NCBI RefSeq assembly: GCF_001194135.2
Contig: NC_069000.1
Coordinates: 29,846,214-29,910,213 of the forward strand
Length of the DNA: 64,000 nucleotides
DNA from: Octopus bimaculoides
Taxonomy: Eukaryota
Direction of reading: 5' to 3'
The notes beneath the pieces are model-generated. The model saw only the letters and a list, made by a program, of their open reading frames with translations, made no database searches and was not told the DNA's origin. The translations under genes were made by a program, and so were the position numbers. This document shows positions 53,267-61,500 of this stretch, in pieces. Each line of letters opens with the position of its first letter. Position 1 is the stretch's first letter.

Positions 53267-54357
53267 AGAGAGAGAGAGGGTCAAGTGCAGTGTACTTATG
53301 CAGTAACTAACCATTATCCAATAATATGAGTTATCTGCTACCACCAGGAGTAACCGTTGACCGTTGCTGAAGCCAATTCAGCTGAAGTAAATACTGTAAA
53401 TATTTTGCGTGTTGTAATATAACAGAACATGTTGGCAGTAATAGAGACAGACAAGGGTATTCAGAAAGCCAAACAAAAGAAGCATGTTTGAGATTGTTAT
53501 GAATGTACAAAAGAGAGAGAGAGAGAGAGAGAGAGAGGAGATAGAGAGAAAGAGAGAAGATAGAGAGAGTGAACTCAAAATATGTATCCTAGTGTTACCA
53601 TTATTTCATTTGCAAATTACCAAAGACAATAAGAGAATTTTGAATATTTTAGAATGGTTATGTGGGTGGTCATAGATAACCACACACACACACACTTGTA
53701 TTATGTATATTTTTGTGTGTCTCATATATATATGTATATACACATACATGTATACATACATACACATAAACACACACATACATATGTACGTACACATATA
53801 TATACACACACACGCACATATTATATACATACATAGATATACACACAATTACACCAACCACAACATAACTAAAATCTCAAACATCTTATATTCCAAAGAA
53901 TATTTCTATAGCTTCTATAATTAAAATATATTCTTTGGTATGCAGTGAAACTGAGGGTGGGTTGGTGAGGGCATGTTATACCCACCATCAAGTTTTCTGT
54001 ACCATGCAACTGCAGATTTACATGTTTGTGAAGCATTCATCCCAGTTCATTTAACTTAGCACTGTCACATCCAAACAGAAACAGCTTTTAGTTATGTAAG
54101 AATTGTGTCTCAATCCATAAGGGCTAGGAAGTAAACTAACTGGCATATTGTTATTTAGTTCCATAAAGGATTCAAAAATCATTACTATACTAGCACAGCT
54201 TTGATATGAACTACAAGTATATCACACCTTATTTCATGACACAAAAAAAATTATATAATGTTTAAAATGTATATTTATATTCCATTGTAGCTAATACATA
54301 CACTCACACGTTTTAAACATATAAGTATATTTTGGTAGACCAAAGATAGCTGTGTTA

Positions 54358-54394
<37 letters not shown>

Positions 54395-54893
54395 ATCCTA
54401 CTATAGATTTGAGTGATGTTTCTCTCTCCATTACGTTTTTATGTTTGTTAACTGCTCCTAGACTGTTGGTGCAAGAACAATGAAACTCAAACCAGCAACT
54501 CTCCTAATCCTAGGGAATGTCCTAAGGGGGTTTATTTTTTTAAAAACCGCCTAATTGGGGCCCCCACCTATTTTTACTGCATGGCATTGGTGACCAAATA
54601 CATGGCATTGGCGACCAAATCAGAGCAATGACAATGAACTTTATACAATGAACTCCCAGGGAATATCAAAAGGAGGTTCAATTTCTGAAAGGCTGCTTAA
54701 ATGGGGCCCCACTGATCCCCCTATTTTTACTGCATTTACCTTGCTCCTACATTTATTGATTAATGCCAAAATAAGTTTTGGCATTCTAAATACCTTCACG
54801 TACAGTCAAATCAAGATAAGGAGTTATAATAGGTACATTTCGAGTGTGGTAGTGTGGATATTTATATTTTGTAGTTTATGAAATTTATGTCTA

Positions 54894-54954
<61 letters not shown>

Positions 54955-57900
54955 GAGAGATAGATATTCAGATACAGACATATATGTATACACACAATGT
55001 TAAGGAGTTCACAAGTATGAACCAACATATCTTTGTTGATAATGACCAAGACAACAAGTTGCTTAATATAATCTTAGCTAATATACAGGGTGGGACAAAA
55101 GTGACATACCAAGAGCAAACCTCAATATATCATTTAGCACTGAATAATGATGATAACGTAATATAAATAAAATGTCAGCTTTTTTTGTGTGTGGTTTTGC
55201 TCCACCCCCACCTTTTACTTGACTTAGTCAATAGACTGCAGCCATGCTGGGGCACCACCCTGAAGAATTTTAATTAGATGAATTGACATAATTGTTTTTT
55301 CTCTTAAAGCCTGGTACTTATTCTATTAGACTCTTTTTTTTTTTCCTGAACTGTTAGATTACAGGGATTACACAAACACACATATACATATACACACATG
55401 CATGCATGTGTGTGTGTGTATGAGTCAATATAACTACACACGTACTATTGGTGATTTCTTTCCCTTCTTTGAACTTTTCTCTCTTTCTCCTTTCTGATGA
55501 AGAGCTATGCTCAAAATATCAAAAACCTTCTTTTTACTGAAAGACTAATACATTCCTTGTGCATATCCTCTTGTTGTGTGTTATTGTTAATTTTATTGTT
55601 CATTTATTTGAATTGACTACACACACACAATCATTATCATTAGTTAAAGCCTGTTTTCCATGCTGGCATAGGTTGGACACAGGACTGAATCAAGCATCAC
55701 TGTCAGCTTTGGCATGGTTTTTACAGTTTGATATCATTCCTAATGCCACCCACTTTCCAATGTGTACTGAATGCTTTTTTCATGCCATTGCCACTAGTGA
55801 GGTCACCAAGTAACTTGCAAGAGAGGAAAAGAATAGGAAAAGGGGAAAAAAATCCCTTAGATTATGTAGGAGGAGTATTTGAGAGGTGGTTTTATGCCAG
55901 GTGTTTAGGGGTTAAAGTAAGATAGAGGGAGAAGTATTGGTGTTTTGCTACAGAGGAGATACACGGGCATTCCATGTTATATTAAGGTGGGAATAGCTTG
56001 GAAGAAGATAAGGTGATAGGGATGCCTTGCCAAAGCAAGCCCACAAAAAGCAAGAAAGGATATGGACAGTGTATTGAGAGGGGGGAAGAGGGGTTGAGTG
56101 TTATAAGAAAGTGAGGGGAGAGTAACAAATGGTTATAGATGAGGGTAAAGATGACTGTAGTGAGAGATGAACAGGGAGTGGAGATGTGGCTTGAAGTGAA
56201 ATATCAGCATGATTGGGTAAGGTGAGAGAGACAGAAGTGGCTCAGGGATGATAGATCAGGAAGAAGGGGATGATGAGCAAAGCATAGGAGTGGTGATCAG
56301 AGAGTTGTAGTGGTACATAAGAGTAGTTATAGTGAACAGGGTGTGGTGGTGGTAGCCTTGCTGTTGGAGTTAAATATGGAGGTAGACTTAAAATATTATC
56401 CAGTTTAACCTTGGGTGTTCTTAGTGAAGTCCAGTCTGTGTTAAGCATTTGGGCCAAGTCTCTTGTTCACCCCAATCACAGAGGTCCCAACTCTTCTAAG
56501 TTATAAAATATGAGTAGCAGGATTGATTTATGTTAGTTTCAATAAGTATTCAGTTCTTTAATCAACTGAATTTCTTGCTCATTGGATAAACACTTAAGTG
56601 GCTGAGTATTCCACAGATATGTGGACTCGATGTAATTCTCAAGTAGAATCATAACATAGTGACAAGGCTGTATTACTGGTACATATTATCTAATGAGCTT
56701 CTATACAGTTTCCATCATCATCTTTTAATGTTCGTTCTCCATGCTGGCATGGGTTGGACAGTTTGGCAGGAGTCAGCCAGCTAGAGATCTGCCCAGACTC
56801 CATTTGTCTGAAATAGATTGGTTTTTACAGTTGGCCAGTTTCATTCTCAAAGTATAGGTTGACCTAAAGCTATAGAAAATATTTGTCCGAAATACCAAGC
56901 AGTGGAATCAAACTAGAAATGTTGTGGTTGCAAAACAAATATCATAACCTATTGGCCATATTAGCCAATAGGGACACAAAACATCTAAAACAAAAATATA
57001 AAGAAACAAAAAAGTAGTACGGCTTACTTGAGATCATAATTGTCTTGGAGTTTCCTCCTAAACTGTCTTTGAGAAGCCAGGTGAGGACAGAATCACGATA
57101 GGGTACATAGAGGCTCCGAGAACGCCGTGGGGTCACCAGACTGGAGGTCATGACAGAATCTGAACTACCTTGTGACCAACTCTCAGCATTGTCTGCACTC
57201 ATTGACATCATTGACCTCTCCGCTGGACATAGACAAAAGTAATAGTGGTGGTGGTGGTTAAAACAGTCAAACAATTGTATATAGTATGAATACATGGATG
57301 TGTGTGTGTGTGTGTGCATGTTTATAGTTAAGTAAATGCATGTGTGCAAATAAATTGCTTGTCTGTGTGTGTATCTGTGAATAAACATATGTAAGTACAT
57401 GCCTACATTATATTTATGTCTGTGTGTCTTCATATTAACTTATGTTTACATATGTGTCCTTATTCGTGTTCGTATATGTATGCATGTATATAAATATGTA
57501 TAGAAATTAGTACACACATAAAAATGTTTGAATGCAAATCTATACACATATATGCAGTTGTACCTAAACAGTCATATATACTGACAGTTGCAAATATACT
57601 CATAATTCACTACAATCTCCCTATAAGTTGTTGACGTTTAAATGAGCAGCAGACTTGGATCAAATACATTTGAACTATAATAATCCTGTATTTCTCTCAA
57701 GATTAGAAAAACTAGGAATACATTATCCAAGGTGTCCCTTTTTATAAGATAGTAGGGCTTTCTTTAACTGTTATCTATGTGGTTAAGAAGTTTGTCTGAC
57801 AACTACATGGTTTTGGTTTTAAGTCCCATTGCATTGTACCTTGGGTAAGTACCTTCCACTATAGCCCGTGGCTGACCAGATTTGGCAGATGAAATGTGAA

Positions 57901-58487
57901 AGAAATCTGTTGTGTGTGTGTATGTATATATAAGAAAAGAAGGGATGTGTTTTCACGCAAGAAAAAATATAGGAGAATTAATTGTTGAACATGCAACTGA
58001 ATTTGAAAAACTTGTAATTGTTTTTAAATAAATTTATTTACATACAAACCAAACTAGTTTCAACAATATTTCGTTTATTAATTGTATAAGTGTATGGGAT
58101 TTAAAAAAGTTTAAATTGCGAAGTAGAAAACATGTTTAAATGGTTAAATGTTCACAAAATTCAATAGTATCAAAAATGATCTGCGAAGATTATAAAAAAT
58201 GCGGATCACCAAAAGTTAGGTAATAATGAGTTAAGAGAAAGAAGAAAAAGAAAGGAAGAAAGTAAAGAAAAGGGGGTTTGTTAGTTTCTGTCATCTTGGG
58301 TTCTTTTTTCTGTCACATGCAGAGTTTTTTTGCATGTGACAAAAAAAGAACCCAAGATGACAGAAACTGTAATAAAACCCCCTTTCTTCACTTTCTTCTC
58401 TCTCTCTCTCTCTTAAGTCAGTATGACCAAACTTTTGGTGATCCACATTTTTTATATTCTTTGCAGATCATTTCTATAAATTTGAAC

Positions 58488-58519
<32 letters not shown>

Positions 58520-61500
58520 ATGAGAATATAGAGATTAATTACCCAGGCGGGAACCGTAATAGCTCTCACGTATATTCCAGGTCCTGGCTAGTTCCTCAGG
58601 TAGTAAGAAACATCAAGGATCACTGAGTGTGAGCAGTCCCACAGTAATACTTCTGATGGGTAAATTTGGATTCACTTCTCTGGATTATGAATATTTTTGA
58701 GTGCATAAATCCAAAACAATTACTAAGAATATCGAGACTGGTATATCTTCAAATTTTTCTTTAATGTAACAGCCAATTATACAGCATAGTTAGTTTAACT
58801 AACTAATTATGCTGTATAATTAACTATTAAATTAAAGAAAAATTTGAAGATGTATCAGTCTCCATATTCTTTGCAAGTGTGTGTATGTGTGTATAATATA
58901 TATATATATATATATATATTCCATATATCATCCAGTGATGCACCTGGAACTTTTAGGTGTTTCAACATTAGACACTTTCACTCAGGCAACCCCAGTTGGG
59001 GTTCATAAAGCCCCAGCCAATGTTCAGTTAGCACTTTACCATACTCACAGGAGTCAGACAAAATTCATTGAAACAAAGATTTTCTACAGCCAGATGCTCT
59101 TCCTATAACCAACCTTCATCTGTTTCCAAGCAAGGTAATATTTCCCCTAGTTTAAGGCAGTGATCTGGCAGAATTGTTAGCATGCTGGGTGAAATGCTTA
59201 GTGGCATTTTGTATGTCTTCATGTTCTGAGTTCAAATTCTGCTGAGGCCAACTTTGCCTCTCATTCTTTTGGAGTCAATAAAATAACTATCAATTGAGCA
59301 ATGGGAGGAGTTGATGTAATCAACTAAACCCCTGTCCTGAAATTGCTGGCCTTGTGTCAAAATTTGAAATTAATATTTCCCCTTGTCCTTCGAATATGGA
59401 CAGTGCAATGACCAAAAATGTTTCCATGGAAAATTGCAAACAAATGAAACCGTTTGTGTGATGATGATGCTTAATAACAATTAGCACGAAATGTCAAGAC
59501 AAGGAGACGACACATGCACCATCATCATTATCATTATTCAACGTTCACTTTTTCATGCTTGCCTGGGTCAGGTGGAATTTGTTGGGACAGATTTCCTGCA
59601 GCTGGATACCTTTCCCGTTACCAACCTTCACCTGTTTCCAAGCAAGATAATATTTCCCTATAATCAGATAGATTTTCGTGGAAGACTGGAAATGAACAAC
59701 ATTGCTTGTATGACTGGGATGCTTGCTTATAATCATCACATGATGCCAAAACAAAAGGACACACAGACACACGACAGGCTTCTTTCAGTTTCTGTCTACA
59801 AATTCCACTCATAAGACCTTAGTTGATTATTGTTGAAGACACTCATCGAAGGAGCCATGCTGTAGGACTGAACCCAAAACTACACAATTTTAAAGTGAAT
59901 TTCTTAACCACATGGCTTTGCATACGTTCTTATCTGATGCTCAATCCACTTGACCACTGAGAGAGTAAAATCAGTTAACTGAAGTTTGAGGGGAAATAAC
60001 TCCATTTATTGAAATGATTTCTCCAATTTTTTTCTGTGCCCAATACTGTTCTTTACCTGTTCCCTTGCAACAACTATTTCTCTCTTTACAATATGAAGCC
60101 ACTCCTGTTCCTTTGCAGTAGGATGAGTCACACAAAGGATTATAAAACAATAAATACCACTGGTCATTACAAAGGAGGAAATAGCCAGAACTGTTATATT
60201 TCATAATATCTTCACATATAATAAACAACCCCTTTTAAGTAGTCCCTCTCTGCTGTTATGACAAGGTGATGTAACACCCAATTTAGGAATCCATCTCAAG
60301 TGAGGTTTCCTCATTGATGTGATAAATTTGTAGCTAAATCTCCGTCAGATCACACCTTACCATCTTAAAAAAATGAAGGTCACATTGGATAATTTAGTCC
60401 TTGATGTACTGTGTTTGATTAAATATAACAGAAGGCCAAGACTAGAAGGCTTTTGACCATAATTAAGGCTAACCTAGAGTAAACAATCGTTGAGAATATC
60501 AGATATTGACCCAGTGATCCTCTCTGGGTTACTATGAAGAGCTCATGAAATACCAAGTTTAGCACCTTACCGAGACATTTAATAACATTGCCAAGTGTCA
60601 CTAAAGACTTGTTGATGTTAGCGCCTTCCTTCAACCGGTCTTTATAGTTCAGATTCTGTGTGGTTGAGGCTCGTTCACTGAAAAATACACAATATAAACA
60701 CGTAAGTCTTCAGTCTGGCAATAAAGAGGGTTATTTGATTTTCAGAAATAGTTTAGAGACATTAATTTTGATTGAGTTTTATGTTCAATAAAATATGTAC
60801 CAGTAATGAATTAGCGTTTATTCTATAAATTGTAAACCTTTCCAATAAATTTGTCTCCCAGCAGAATCATTGGACAAAATGCTTTGCTGTATTTGTTACA
60901 ATCCTTTATATTCAGAGATCAAATTCCATCAAGATCAATTTTTTTTCTCAGGTCAAATATGGGATGCAATATAATCAATTGTTTCCCCCAACAATTTTTT
61001 TACCTCATTCCTATATTAGCAATTATCATTAAAGAAGTGGATTGCATGCTGGCTAAACTATTTTGCAGCATTTAGTTACAACTCATGTTCAAATACCACT
61101 GAGGTCAGCTTTGCCTTAATAGTTGTTTCTGGAGTTGAAACAACTATTAATATCTTCTTCCATTTCAATAAACAGTAATACACAATGTAAGAGATATGCA
61201 CTCAACACTAATCAATTTGCTGTCATCATTAGATTTTATCTGTAGCAAGGTCAACAGTTTCATTAAAATTAATATTACATCTAGTTATAAAAGCTTCTGA
61301 AATGTGTGTCTTTCATAAAGCTCTTCCAATATAATAATACTCTGTAGCTTGATTTTTATGACTCACAACTTGAGTGGCCAGTGGCATGTTTGATCTTTTC
61401 AAAATAATGTCTAATCAAAATTAATTTTTCTGAACATTAAATGCTATTATAAGCTGAGAAATCTGTGCTCTTGTCATTATCCATTTGTCAGTTGTTCTTT

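Noticed and set aside
54581-54622. 21-bp direct tandem duplication (catggcattgg(t/c)gaccaaat)
   Set aside because: Isolated local duplication in a probable TE remnant; no further structure.
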